From the NCBI GenBank assembly GCA_963575745.1, contig CAUYUJ010000263.1, forward strand, positions 1 to 64,000: a DNA stretch of 64,000 nt. The letters are read 5' to 3'. The notes under the pieces are model-generated. The model had not been told where the DNA came from. It saw only the letters and a program-made list of their open reading frames with translations, and did not search any database. Positions 34,651 through 48,822 of this stretch are shown here, in pieces. Position numbers and translations under genes: made by a program. Position 1 is the stretch's first letter. Each line of letters begins with the position of its first letter. The stretch is from Prorocentrum cordatum. Taxonomy: Eukaryota.

Positions 34651-37600
34651 TGAATAGGGCCGAACAGCCCAGGGGCGGCCATCACACACACACACTCGCC
34701 GAAGAAATGGACCACCGGCGCCCCTCGTATTGCTCCCCCCTGGGCGGCGGGGGCAGGGTTCGGCGACATGGCGAAAATCCGGACCCTGCCCTCGCCTCCC
34801 ATCGATTCAGGAGAATCGATTGTTTGTGGGGGTAGGGTTCGGATGCCGTCACCTACTTACCGACCTCCTCGCGTCCCAGGCCTCCTCTCGTCGTGGAGGC
34901 CTGGACCCATTCCCGAAGGCCTGGACCCATTCCCCAGGACCGGCGTTCCATCCCGAGTCGTTCTTTGACGGTCCCGAGGCCTGGTAAGGGCCCACAGGCC
35001 GAAAATAGGAAGAAATTGTCCGCCGTGCTCATTTCCCCGACGCGAGGAGGTCTGGCTGGGCCCTGGGCTATCCGCCCACGTCTCCCCCGATGTCGCTGCT
35101 CCCCCCGCTAGCGTCCGCCGAGATGATGGCGTGCCGCTTCGCCCCGCGGGGCGGGGAGGCCAGGACAGGCTCGGGACGTTGACGCTGAGGAGACAGGGGC
35201 GCGGCGGAAGGAAGTGTCGCGCCAAAGCGTGGTGGGCCAGAACTGGCGTGACCTGCACGTAAGAGTGACCCTTGGCCGGAGTGACCTCTGGTGCGGGCCC
35301 ATTGGTCTTCCGATCGCCGACTGCAGTGCGACAGCATCGGCCTGCGTGCATGGGTTTGGTCCCCCCGCGGCCTTCAAAAAGACGCCCACCAAAGGTCACC
35401 CTTGCCTAGGGCCACTTTTGCGTGCAGCCGATAGCGGCGCGACACGCTAAGCAAGGGTTCCCGACCGTAGATCCCGTGGCCCTGGACTGGGGCCTTTGCC
35501 CCCCCGCGGACGTTTGGTTTGGAGACCCTTCTAGCGGCGACGGCGACGACGACGACCATGATTGACGACGTTGACGACGTTGACGACAACGACGACGATG
35601 ACGACGCGACGACGACGACGACGACGATTAGACGCGTATACTCTCGCAATTCCACCTGTAGCTAGCGTCGGTTAGCGCCGGTTTAGCGTCGGTTGGCATC
35701 GATTAGCGTTGATGTGGCGTCGATTAGCGTCGACTTGCGTCGACCAGCGTCGATTAGCCCAGAGGCCTTCGAAGCGGCCAGACGACGATTGGCGACGACG
35801 ACGACGACGACGATGACAACGATTAGTCTTGTATGCCCTCGTAACCCCGTCTTTAGAGTGTACTGGCGTCGACTAGCTTCTGTAAATCGAGGAGATGGCG
35901 TCGATCAGCGCTGACTGGCGTCGATGAGTGTCGATTCGCATCGATTCGCGTCGATACTCGCGTCGACTAGCGTCGAGTCGCATAGATTCGCGTCGATACT
36001 CGCGCCGACTAGCGTCGATTGACCCGGAGGCCCTCCGAGCGGCCAGATGCCGGGGGCCCGCGCCAGCTGGGCTGGGGTGCCGCTGCCTGCCCCCGCTGGC
36101 CGCGGTGGCCCGCCGCCTGCTGCGCAGGCAGGCCCTGCCTGCGTCGGCGGGAGGGCTCGACGAGAGGTGGGGCGAAGGAGGAAGAGAAGGAGGTAGAGGA
36201 GGTAGAGGAGAAAGAGGAGAAGGAGGAGAGGGAGGAGGAGAAGGAGGAGGAGGAGGAGGAGGAGGAGGAGGAGGAGGAGGAGGAGAGGCAGGAGGAGGAG
36301 AGGCAGGAGGAGGAGGAGGAGGAGAAAGAGGAGGAGGAGGAGGAGGAGGAGGAAGCGAGGCAGGAGGAGAAGGAGGCGGAGAAGGAGAGAGACGCGTGGA
36401 GAGGGAGGAGGAGGAGAAGGGGGGAGGAGGAAGAGGAGGAATATGGATTATGATCAGAATAAGCAGAGTAATAATCAGAAGAAGTCGGGATGAGGAGTAG
36501 GAGGAGGAAGAAGGGAAGGGAGCAGGAGGCGTGGGAGAAGAAGCAGGGAGCTGGGCGAACGCAGCTCCACCCCGTTGCCTACGGACCATGGAGCAGTGGC
36601 TGGGGTAGGTCGGAGGAGGAAAGGGTACCCATACCGCTACTCTTCGCCCGTTTTCTCTTTTGGGGCCTCTTGTGAGGCTCTCGTCGCCACCGCTGGATTC
36701 GCCTCGAAATCCTGGTCAGAACGCACCCCAGGAGAGATCCGGGGAGTAGCGGTATCGGTACCTTTTGGTTTGCCCAGTAGGTGGTGGGTAGTTGTTGCTG
36801 CGACCGCGGCTTTTTGGTTCAGGACCGCGCAGCTGAGCCATACTTCTACACGCAACCGGTACAGCGGAACTTGAGAAACATTATTTGCCTTGATCCCCTC
36901 TCGCGCATGACAGTACAGAGGCAGGAGGAGGAGGAGGAAGAAGCGTTGGGGGAGGAGGAGGAGGAGGAGGAGGAGGAGGAGGAGGAGGAGGAGGGCAAGG
37001 AGAAGGAGGCTGCTGTGGAAGAGGTGGGGGAGGAGAAGAACGGGGGGCGGGTGTGTGGGGGGCAGATCTCGTCACCAGAGGCGCGCGCCCACCGTGCAGT
37101 TCAAGAGAGAAAGAGAGAGGGAAGATGCGCTTCCCTGATTGCACCCTCGCGCGTGCGCCCGCCACCACCACCACAGACCGTCTTCACCGCCACCAGAGAG
37201 GGCGTGGAATGGGGAATCGGGACAAAGGGAGGGTTGGGAGCCCCCGAACCAGGTGGTGAGATCAGGTGGTGACCTGGAATCCCCCAAAAGGCACGGCTGG
37301 GTTTGGGGACACGGGGTCACCGCCGGGTTTTGTGACTCTGGACCCACCAGCGTTCTGGGTAAAAACCGCACGCGTCCCCTAACTGGGTTGTGACACCAAA
37401 TCGCCCGAGACTCACCGCCGGGTGTTGGGGAATACCAAGAGGGGAAATGGACAGGGGAGCACCCGCCCCATTGCTGGGCTGAGGCGGGCGAGGTTGACCT
37501 CGCCCGCCCCGTCGTTCATGTGGCGCTCCGCGGAACGCTCTGGCCAGCGGTCGCTCGCGCCTGGGGTCGGGCGGAAGCGGCGCTCGCCGCTTGGGAGGGC

Positions 37601-38230
37601 GGTGGGGGAGTGGGGGGGAGAGGGAAAGGGGGAGGGGGGAGGAGGAAGAAGGGAGGAGGAGGAGGAGGAGGAGGAGGAGGAAGAGGAGGAGGAGGAGGGG
37701 GGTGGGGCGAAGGCTTTCGGGGATGCGGGCCATGTCCTGTGGGAAAGCTGGAGCAGCAAGGGCCTACGCACAGGTCGTCCGAGGCCTCCGGGGGGTTCCC
37801 CCTTTTTGGCCCGCGTGCTGCCCCACAGGAGCATGTCAGCAATGATCCAGCAGGGGTGGGTGAGGAAGGGGAGGGGCAAGGAAGAAGACGAGGGAAAAGG
37901 CGAGAGGAGGGGAGGCGAGAGGGGAGGGGAGAGAAGAGCGAGGAGGACGAGGAGGGGAGTCGGACAGGAGGAGGAAAAAAAAAAAGGGAAAGAAAAAAGG
38001 GGGAGGGGGAAGGAGGGGGAGGGGAGGATGATGAGGGGGAGGGGGAGGGGCAAGGAGGGGGAGGAGGAGGAGAGGAGGAGGAGGGGGGATGGAAGTTGAG
38101 GGGAGGGGGAAGTGGAAGGCCGAGGCGGGGGCGAGGGGGGCCAAGGGGACCGGAGGGATGGCTGCGGGGGGGGGGGGCAGTGGAGGGAGAAGGTGGATGG
38201 GGGGTGGGGCGGCGGGGCAGCTCATCCTCT

Positions 38231-38330
38231 NNNNNNNNNNNNNNNNNNNNNNNNNNNNNNNNNNNNNNNNNNNNNNNNNNNNNNNNNNNNNNNNNNNNNN
38301 NNNNNNNNNNNNNNNNNNNNNNNNNNNNNN
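38231..38330. other. Assembly gap (100 N)
   Basis: Run of N. Confidence 1.
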
Positions 38331-38451
38331 CACCCGCGACCCACCCGCGACCCACCCGCGACCTACCCTGCGACCCACCCGCGACCCACCCGCGACCCAA
38401 ACCACGTTCAAGGTACAAACCACCATTTTCGGCGCCTGCGGCGGGCTTTTT

Positions 38452-41400
38452 CCCGGAAAGGGCTCAGGCCCAGGGTTCTCTTTTAGTAGGTAAACCTGTC
38501 CCCCGGTGCCAACTTGAGGGAGGCCGGCGAATTTTTTCCCTGATAAATAACGAGGTCGAAGGAGGCCGGCGAATTAAAATTTGAGGATGTTTCGAGCGAA
38601 ACGCTTGTTTTTGAAATCCCGATCGATAAATCACAGGGTGCGGGCCACTTTTTCCCGGAAAGGGCATGAGCCCAGGGTTCTCTTTTAGTTGGTAAACCTG
38701 TCCCCCGGTGCCAATTTGAGGGAGGCCGGCGAATTTTTTCCCTGATAAATAACGAGGTCGAAGGAGGCCGGCGAATTTAAATTTGAGGATGTCTCGAGCG
38801 AAACGCTTGTTTTTCAGAATTTGTTGAGGATGTCTCGAGCGAAACGCTGGTTTTGCAGAGTTGGGGATGTCTCGAGCGAAACGATTGTTTTCAGAATTTG
38901 CTGAGGATGTCTCGAGCGAAACGCTTGTTTTGCAGAGCCGACCGCGACGCGGAAAAGCGCCCCGCGCGAAGGAATTTCGATGATGTCTCGACTAATTCCT
39001 TTGTTTTTGTACGATTTCCTGGAATTTTGGCAGGATGTCTCGAGCGAAATGCACGACCCCACCCTAGCACGACCATACCCCAGCACGACCACACCCCAGC
39101 ACGACCAGACCCCAGCACGACCCCACCCCAGCACGACCCCACCCCAGCACGACCATACCCCAGCACGACCACACCCCAGCACGACACACGACCCAGCACG
39201 ACCCTCACCCCAGCAAGACCACACCCCAGCACGACCACACCCCAGCACGACCTCACCACAATCACGACCACGCCCCAGCACGCCACGCCCCCCACGACCA
39301 CGCCCAGCACGACCACGCCACACGACCACCCCCCAGAAGACCCCCCCCCAGCACGACCACCACCCCAGCACGACCGCACCCCCAGCACGACCAAACCCCA
39401 GCACGACCACTCCCCAGCACGACCCCACACCCCAGCACGACCCCATAGCACGACCCGATCGATAATCCAAGGGTGCGGACCACCCCAGCACGACACACCC
39501 CAGCACGACCCACCCCAGCACGACCCACCCCAGCACGACCACAGCCCCAGCACGACCACACCCCAGCACGACCACACCCCAGCACGACCCACACCCCAGC
39601 ACGACCCCACCCCAGCACTACCCACCATAGCACGACCATACCCCAGCACGACCACACCCCAGAACGACCAGACCCCAGCACGACCCCACCCCAGCACGAC
39701 CCCACCCCAGCACGACCATACCCCAGCACGACCACACCCCAGCACGACCCGACCCCAGCACGACCCTACCCCCGCAAGACCACACCCCAGCACGACCACA
39801 CCCCAGCACGACCTCACCACAGCACGACCACACCCCAGCACGACCACGCCCCAGCACGACCACGCCCCAGCACGACCACGCCCCAGCACGACCACCCCTC
39901 AGCACGACCACCCCCCTAGCACGACCACCCCCCAGCACGACCACCCCCCAGCACGACCACACCCCAGCACGACCACACCCCAACATGACCATACTCCAGC
40001 ACGACCACACCCCAGCACGACCACACCCAGTCGCACCCCCGTGGAAGGTTTCGTGGGGTGTCTGGTTGAGTGGTTGCCTGTTCGTGGGGTGTCTCGTGGA
40101 CTGTTTCACGGGGTGTCTCGTGGAATGTTTCGTGAGGTGTCTCGTGGGTTGTTTCGTGAGGTGTCTCGTGGGATGTTTCGCGGGGTGTCTCGTGGGATGT
40201 TTCGTGAGATGTCGCCCAGTTGGGTATCGTGAAAACGTGACCATGCTGCACATGTCTTTATCCCTTTCCGGGTTCGTGGGTCCATCATGTTCGTGTGTTG
40301 AGGATGTCTCGAGCGAAACGCTTGCTCCGCAGAGTTTGCCGAGGATGTCTCGAGCGAAACGCTTGTTTTGCAGAGCCGACCGCGACACGGAAAAGCGCTC
40401 CTCGCGCAGGAATTCCGAGGATGTCTCGACTAATTCGTTTGTTTTTGTGCGATTTCCTGGAATTTTGGCAGGATGTCTCGAGCGAAATGCACGACCCCAC
40501 CCTAGCACGACCATACCCCAGCACGACCACACCCCAGCACGACCACACCCCAGCACGACCCCACCCCAGCACGACCCCACCCCAGCACGACCATACCCCA
40601 GCACGACCACACCCCAGCACGACCCGACCCCAGCACGACCCTACCACAGCAAGACCACACCCCAGCACGACCACACCCCAGCACGACCTCACCACAGCAC
40701 GACCACACCCCAGCACGACCACGCCCCAGCACGACCACGCCCCAGCACGACCACGCCCCAGCACGACCACCCCCAAGCACGACCATCCCCCCAGCACGAC
40801 CACCCCCCAGCACGACCACCCCCCAGCACGACCACACCCCAGCACGACCACTTCCCAGCACGACCACACCGACACCCCAGCAACGACCCACCCCAGCACG
40901 ACACCCCCAGCACGACCAACCCCAGCACGACCACAAACCCCACACGACCCGATCGATAATCCTAGGGTGCGGAGCCACCCCATCCGAACCCCCCCCCAAG
41001 CCGACCCCACCCCGCACGTGACCCGCCCACCCCAGCACGAACCACGCCCCATCATGACCCCACCCCAGCACGACCACACCCCAGCACGACCACTCCCCAG
41101 CACGACCCACCCAGCACGACCCCACCCTAGCACGGCTCCACAACCCAGCACGGATACCATGTCCGGCAGCACGACCCCACCCCCAGCACGATCACAACCC
41201 CAGCCACGACCCACCCCAGCAGACCCACCCCGCACGACCGCCCCCCAGCACGACCTTACTCAAAGACGGTGCCGACCACACCCCAGCACGACCACACCAC
41301 AGCACGACCACGCCCCAGCACGACCACGCCCCAGCACGACCACGCCCCAGCACGACCACGCCCCAGCACGACCCCCCAGCACGACCACCCCCCCAGCACG

Positions 41401-42903
41401 ACCACCCCCCAGCACGACCACCCCCCAGCACGACCACACCCCAGCACGACCACTCCCCAGCACGACCACACCGCCTTGGTTGAGTGGTTGCCTGTCGTCG
41501 TTGAATGTTTCGTGGGGTGTCTCGTGGAATGTTTCGCGGGGTGTCTCGTGAAATGTTTCGTGAGGTGTCTCGTGGAATGTTCGTGAGGTGTCTCGTGGGC
41601 TGTTTCGTGAGGTGTCTCGTGGGATGTTTCGTGAGGTGTTGCCCAGTTGGGTATCATGAAAACGTGTCCATGCTCCACATGTCTATATCCCTTTCCGGGT
41701 TCGTGGGTCCATCATGTTTCCCGGAAAGGGCGGGGGCCCAGGGTTCTCTTTTAGTGGGTAAACCTGTCCCCCGGTGCCAACTTGAAGGAGGCCGGCGGAT
41801 TTTTTCCCTGATAAATATCGAGGTCGAAGGAGGCCGGCGGATTAAAATTTGAGGATGTCTCAGGCGAAACGCTTGTTTTTGAAATCCCGATCGATAAATC
41901 ACAGGGTGCGGGACACCTCAGCACGACCACACCCCAGCACGACCACACCCCAACACGACCACGCCCCAGCACGACCACACCCTAGCACGACCACACCCCA
42001 GCACGACCACACCCCAGCACGACCACACCCCAACACGACCACACCCCACCACGATCACACCCCACCACGACCACACCCCAGCACGACCCGATCGATGAAT
42101 CACAGGGTGCGGACCACCCCAGCACGACCACACCCCAGCACGACCCCACCCCAGCACGACCCCACACCAGCACGACCACGCCCCAGCACGACCACACCCC
42201 AGCACGACCACACCCCAGCACGACCACACCCCAGCACGACCACACCCCAGCACGACCCAGCACCACAGCACGACCCCACACACACCCCAGCACGACCACA
42301 CCCCAGCACGACACACCCCAGCACGACCCCACCCCAGCAAGACACACCCCAGCACGACCACACCCCAGCACGACCTCCCCAGCACGACCACACCCCAGCA
42401 CGACCACGCCCCAGCACGACCACGCCCCAGCACGACCACAGCACGACCCCCCCCAGCACGACCACCCCCAGCACGACCCCCCAGCACGACCACCCCCCAG
42501 CACGACCACCCCAGCCGACCACTCCCCAGCACGACACACCCCAGCACGGCACGACCACCCCCCAGCACGACCACACCCCAGCACGACCACACCCCAACAC
42601 GACCATACTCCAGCACGACCACACCCCAGCACGACCACACCCAGTCGCACCCCCGTGGAATGTTTCGTGGGGTGTCTGGTTGAGTGGTTGCCTGTTCGTG
42701 GGGTGTCTCGTGGAATGTTTCACGGGGTGTCTCGTGGAATGTTTCGTGAGGTGTCTCGTGGGTTGTTTCGTGAGGTGTCTCCTGGGATGTTTCGCGGGGT
42801 GTCTCGTGGGATGTTTCGTGAGGTGTCGCCCAGTTGGATATCGTGAAAACGTGACCATGCTGCACATGTCTATATCCCTTTCCGGGTTCGTGGGTCCATC
42901 ATG
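38452..42903 (+). mobile_element. Cluster of three asymmetric-TIR elements: outer D (38452-41716), nested E (38654-40289), head-to-tail F (41720-42903)
   Basis: Three CCCGGAAAGGG starts and three CCATCATG ends. The whole block interrupts a tandem repeat (38331-38451 continues at 42904-43280). Confidence 0.85.
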
Positions 42904-43582
42904 TTGCATTCCTTCCAGGTTGAGAGCCCGCGACCCACCCCGTGACCAACTCGCGACCAACCCGCGACCCAAACCACGTTCAGGGTACAAACCACATTCT
43001 TCGGCGCCTGCGGCGGGCATCTTTTGCATCCGTTTCAGGGGGAGAGCCCGCGGCCCACCCGCGACCACGTTCAGGGTACAAACCGCATTTTTCGGCGCCT
43101 GCGGCGGGCATCTTTTGCATTCGTTCCCGGTGGAGAACCCGCGCCCCACCCGCGACCCAAACCACGTTCAGTGTACAAACCATTTTTTTTGGCGCCTGCG
43201 GCGGGCTGCTTTTGCATTCCTTCCAGGTGGAGGTGGAGAACCCGCGACCCACCCGCGACCTAAACCACGTTCACTGAACAAACCAATGCCGCACAAGCGC
43301 GGCAGCGGATTTTTGCATGCCGCCTGAGCCCGCAAGGACCTCTTCAAGCCCCGCGCATCCACACCAGCCCGTCCAGCAACTCTGCCCTGGCGAGTTGCCT
43401 TAATCAAAGAAGGCGGGGAGCATGAAGTGGAAAAAAGGATTGCGTTGCAGTTATCTTGGGAAAGGAGGGGGAGGCAGGAGGAGTAAACAGGGGACGAGGA
43501 AAACGCGGAAGAAGAGAGGATGTAAAGAGAATGTGGAGAAAGAAAAGGAGGAGGAGCAGGAGGACGAGGAGGGGGAGGAGGG

Positions 43583-43700
<118 letters not shown>

Positions 43701-46700
43701 CGACAATGGGATGACGATGATGGAGGCCGATGAGGGGGAGGACGACAATGGGAGGACGATGATGAAAGGACGAGGGGGCGAGAGGGAGGACGAGGAAGCA
43801 GAGGAGGAGGAGGACGAGGTGGAGGAGGAGGATGGCAATGACGATGAGGACGAGGACGAGGAAGAGGAGGAGGAGGAGGAGGAGGAGGAGGAGGAGGAGG
43901 ACAGCGCCATCGACAGGGAAGGTGGGGGCCACAAGGTCCGCCGGCTCGACGACGCCCGCGTCGCCCGCGCCCGCCCCCTTACTCTTATCCGCAATTGCGG
44001 GGTGCTGCGTAACTTGTCGCTTTTCTTGCAAAATCTGCTTGTAACTTCGGGAATACGCCCGACCCAGGAGCGGCCCTTCGCCGGAGTGGAGGCCCACGGG
44101 TGCCCCCCAAAGGTAAGTCGGTCACGTCCTTCGACAGGAGGAATATTCAGAAATAGATACAAATAATCGGGAGACGATGTTCGCTTACCGTTATGTACTA
44201 TTTTGCACCATGGCTCCACTATTCTTAATTTGTCTTCCAAAGTCCGCCTGTTGGAGGACATGCCCGATCTAATCCCAGAGCCGCACACAAGCGTTCACCT
44301 GCCCAGGGTCACATCTTGCGTGCACCAACATAAAAGGGGGTGGATATTCCTCGGACCAGCGGACTGAACATGACCCTGCTACGTTCCCAACCCACCTGCA
44401 CTAAGCCACAAGGGAAGCTGAAGCTGGTTCAGAAAAATACGGCGAGCGAAAGCGCAGGATTTGCCATGAGTAGCGCAGACTAGATGGCAAGCGCGCGCGT
44501 GGCACGAACGAAAGGACAGCAACAGAAGGACGAGAACTGAGGCCCCAGGCTCGAAGAGGAAATGGGGGTGGGAACGAGGGGCAGGAAAAGGACGGAAGAG
44601 GGGCCGAACAGTTAACGCGACAGCAGCCGCGAGACGGTTCGATAGTAGCGACGTTTCCGCAGTTTGCAGCCCCCTCGGGATAGCGAGGTCGAGTCTGAAT
44701 GTGCGTAGACGGTCGTTCCATTGGGTCCCCCAGCAGCCTTCGAATGTGGCGACATGCTATCAGTTCGCACCCCTCTAGGGATGGCAAGGTCTAGTCTGAG
44801 TTCGCGTAGAACGTCACTCCGCTGGATCCCCCACCAGCCTTCGAAGGTAGCAAAGGTTTCGCAGTGCGCACCCCATCCAGGGATGGCGAGGTTTCATTTG
44901 AATGTGCATAGCAAGTCACTCCGCTGGACCCTCCAGCAGCCTAAGTGGCGGCAGCTTCGCCGCTCGCACCCCCGTAGGGATGGCCCTGATAATTTGTCGC
45001 ACGGGCTTGATGTGATGTGCTCTGGCGCATCGCGCGGGGTTGGTGCAGGTGTGCTCGCGATTCTGCCCCGTTTCATCCATTCCCGAATTGCCCGACGCTT
45101 CATCTTGGGGCGGTTCGCGGGAAGGCGGCGGGCCCCAGTGAAAATTGTTTCAGGCGCCCGTCGGCTCCCAAATCCAAGGGCGACAAGCACTAGCAGCAAG
45201 ATACCCCTTCCGCAAGGGAGGCCTCCACGGCCTCCAGGGCACCCCTCACGAGTCCCAGAGGGCCCCAGGGGCTCCAGCCGGATGGGACTAAGGACGAGGA
45301 TAAATGTTTTCCAAAGCGCTCTGGAATAACCTCAAGGCGTTCTGGAACCCTCTGAGAAGGCCGCGGCGCCCGAGACATCCTCCAGAGCCGCCGGATCTCA
45401 GAGATTCTCGATCTACTCCCACCCAAGGTTATCCTCGTCCTGGCTTCGTCTTATCCAGGAGTGAGCGAAAGGCTGGGGGCACCACGGGCCAGGAGCACCT
45501 GTCGCAACCCCGGAGCGAGGGGGAAAGATCAGGGCCATCGCCGCCCCCGAGGGGCCACAGGCAGAGGCGCAGCAGAGGCGTCCGCGGTTCGGCCGGTTCG
45601 GCGGGCGTCGCGGTGGGTTTCGTTCGGCCTACTTCGGCCCGGTCGGCCGCTGCGTCGCTGTTGCGTCGCTGCGCCCAGGACAGGCTAAATCCAGGAAGGG
45701 TACAGTCGGGGCCCTGAAGAAGGAACCCTTTTGGTTGGGGAGGGGCTCCGCGTTCCTTAAGTGTTTCGCAGCTTGCCGCAGGGTTTCCTTATGTCTTCGA
45801 CGGGAAATCGAAGTTTAATTTATGGAGAAAAGGGGCCTCGTTCCTTATTTAGGGTTCCTTAGGTCAACGCCCCGACGGTAATGCAGCCCAGACGGAGACC
45901 GAGTACTCCGTGCGGATTCATTCCGCGCGGACTTCGCATCCTATCAGGGGAGGTCCAGGCGGAGACCGAGCGCTCCGTAGGGATTCATCCGCGTGGAGCT
46001 AGCTTCGCCCGAGCCGTGGCGCCCTTCCGGGCAGCCTGCGGCCCGGCGGTCTCGGTCGGCCGTCGGGCTCGTCGTCGGTGGGGAGCCCGGTCTGCGGCGC
46101 CGCCGTGGCCGCGGGCAGCGCCGGGGGGCGCGGGCCCTCCTCGCGGCCGCGGCCCCCGGCCGAGCCCCGCCCGCGGGGCGTCGGGGGGCGCCCTCGGACA
46201 GAGAGAGTTTCGGGCCGAACGAAAGGGGGGGATTGGGAAAGGGGGGGGTTACGAAATCTAAAACAGGGCTAGGATCGGGATAAATCGCTCCAGAGCGTTC
46301 CGGAGCGCTCTCAGAGCGTTCCGGAGCGCTCTGAGAGCGGCCGCGGCGCCCAATACGTCCTCCAAACCCGCCGATTCTCAGAGATTTCGAGTTATCCCGC
46401 TCCGATTTTGTCCCGATCTTCGCGTCGTTTTAGGGAGGGGCGGCCCAGGCGGCCCGCACGGCGGCGCCCACGCTGCTGACGCAGCAGCGGCGCGCGCAGG
46501 ACGGGCGCGGGGAGGCGGGCGGGCTCCACGCGAAGACGGCGTGGGACTCGCGCCCGCCGCGGGGCGCCGCGGAGCCCGCGGCCGATGGAGGCCATCGGGC
46601 GGGACGGCCATGGCCAAGCAGCGGGCTTCTAGTGTAGCGAACGGGTTTTCTGAGGACCTGCTGTGGCTTGCAAGAGATCTTCTCCGAGGGCTCCTGGCTG

Positions 46701-47643
46701 AGGCCGTGCTGCTTCAATACACTGGGCCCATGTTCTCTGAAGTTGGTTCCGGGAGCATCCCCTCGTGCTACAGGGTAGTGCCCGGACGGTCGGTCCGCGC
46801 TCAGCATCGGGAGGGTCGAGCTCTGTTGTGCGGGGGAGCGGCGTGGGGGCCGCAGGGTCCCCGTCTGGGGAAGCCGGGCCAGCGCGACTCCTGCCCCCGA
46901 TCGGGCGCTCCTTTGGCGCTGCCGTGGCCGGGTGTTCTCCAAGGTCTCCCCGCTGCACGCCGGCCGCGGCGAAAGGCTTGTCGCGCACCGAGCCCGCTGC
47001 AGGCAGCAAGTCGAGCTGCCCAGTCTCGGGCGGATGTGGCGCGTTCCAGGGAGGGCCTCGCCGTCGAGGGACCGAAGGGTCGGCGGGTCTTGCTCGGCAC
47101 AAGACGGCGGAAAGGCTGGCGGGGGCAGAGCGAGCCGGCGGAAGTGAAACACATCACCCCCAGGAGGTAGCAGTTGCCCTTTATTCAGAGCGCCTGCGGC
47201 TGGCCAGATAGCATCACCCCAGCTCTCTATCGGGGTGACGACCCACCCTCAGGCAAAGGCAAGACACAACTTGAGAAGCAGCAGCGGCATTGCCCGATGT
47301 CCCGCACACAGGTGCCACTGGCCATTTACAGGGTTGATGTCGCATGGGGGTGCCACATGCAGTGCAGCTCGAGTCCTGTATGCCCGATTCAATTGGTTCC
47401 CCACATCTTAGATGTGGGGTTATTGTTCTTGGTGGGACGCCTCCACTTCCTCACTGATTCCCACTGTTGTGTGTTAAACATGAGAAGCCGCGAATTCGAC
47501 AGATGTTCAAAAACGAGCGTCTCGCCTGAGACATCCTAACAACAATGATATCTTGGAGTGGCGTTTTTACTACTTCTCGTGTTAATAATCGCGCTATCGC
47601 TGCATACATCCTCAAAACATCGGGCGCAGCATGGCTGGCGAAA

Positions 47644-48797
47644 CATGATGGACCCACGAACCCGGAAAGGGATATAGACATGTGCAGCATGGTCACGTTT
47701 TCACGATATCCAACTGGGCGACACCTCACGGAAATCAGTCCCACCGAGATCACCCCGCGAAACAAGACACCTCAGAAGTCAAAAATAATTCGTAATATGT
47801 TTTAAATAGATGCCAAAAAAACTGGTAAACATGTCCACATCAAGATGACAAGGAGTTAAACGATGTTCTCGCATTCCATCTGTGCTGCTATAACGACGTG
47901 CTATGAGCCACCGTGCGATCAGACCCCGCTAAACTTCCACGGGGTTCGACTTGGGTGTGGTCGTGCTGGGCGTGGTCCGTGCTGGAGTATGGTTTTCCGT
48001 GTGGGGTGTGGTCGTGCTGGGTGTGGTCGTGCTGGGGTGTTGGTCTTTTGCTGGGTTGGTCGTGCTGGGGTGGGGTCCGGCTGGGGTGTGGTCGTGCTGG
48101 GGTGTGGTCGTGCTGGGGGGTGGTCGTGCTGGGGTGGGGTCGTGCTTGGGTGGGGTCGGGCTGGGGTGTGGTCGTTCTGGGGTGTGGTCGTGCTGGGGTG
48201 TGGTCGTGCTGGGGTGGGGTCGTGCTGGGTCGGGGTCGTGCTGGAGTGTGGTCGTGCTGGGGTGTGGTCGTGTTGGGGTGTGGTCGTGCTGGGGCGTGGT
48301 CGTGCTGGGGTGGGGTCGTGCTGGAGTGGGGTCGTGCTGGGGTGTGGTCGTGCTGGGGTGGTCCGAACCCTGTGACTTATCGATCGGTTCGTGCTGGGGT
48401 GTGGTCGTGCTGGTGCTGGGGTGTGGTCGTGCTGGGGTGTGGTCGTGCTGGGGTCCTGCTGGGGTGTGGTCGTGCTGGGGTGTCGTGCTAGGGGGTAGAA
48501 AAAACAAATTCTGAAAAACAAGCGTTTCGCTCGAGACATCCTCGACAAATTCTGAAAAACAAGCGTTTCGCTCGAGACATCCTCAAATTTTAATTCGCGG
48601 GCGCTCAAAAACAAGCGTTTCGCTCGAGACATCCTCAAATTTTAATTCGCGGGCTCGTTATTTATCAGGGAAAAATTCGCCGGCCTCCTTCGACCTCGTT
48701 ATTTATCAGGGAAAAAATTCGCCGGCCTCCTTCAAGCAGGCACCGGGGGACAGGTTTACCTACTAAAAGAGAACCCTGGGCTTAAGCCCTTTCCGGG
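47644..48797 (-). mobile_element. Asymmetric-TIR element, copy G (reverse strand, rearranged at ~47730-47950)
   Basis: AAA|CATGATGGACCCACGAACCCGGAAAGGG at 47641-47671 and GGGCTTAAGCCCTTTCCGGG|AAAAA at 48778-48802. Confidence 0.8.
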
Positions 48798-48822
48798 AAA
48801 AAGAGCAAGGCAGAGAATGAGC

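Noticed and set aside
46541..47170. 209-aa and 240-aa overlapping ORFs
   Set aside because: No recognisable motifs; such lengths are expected by chance at this GC content.
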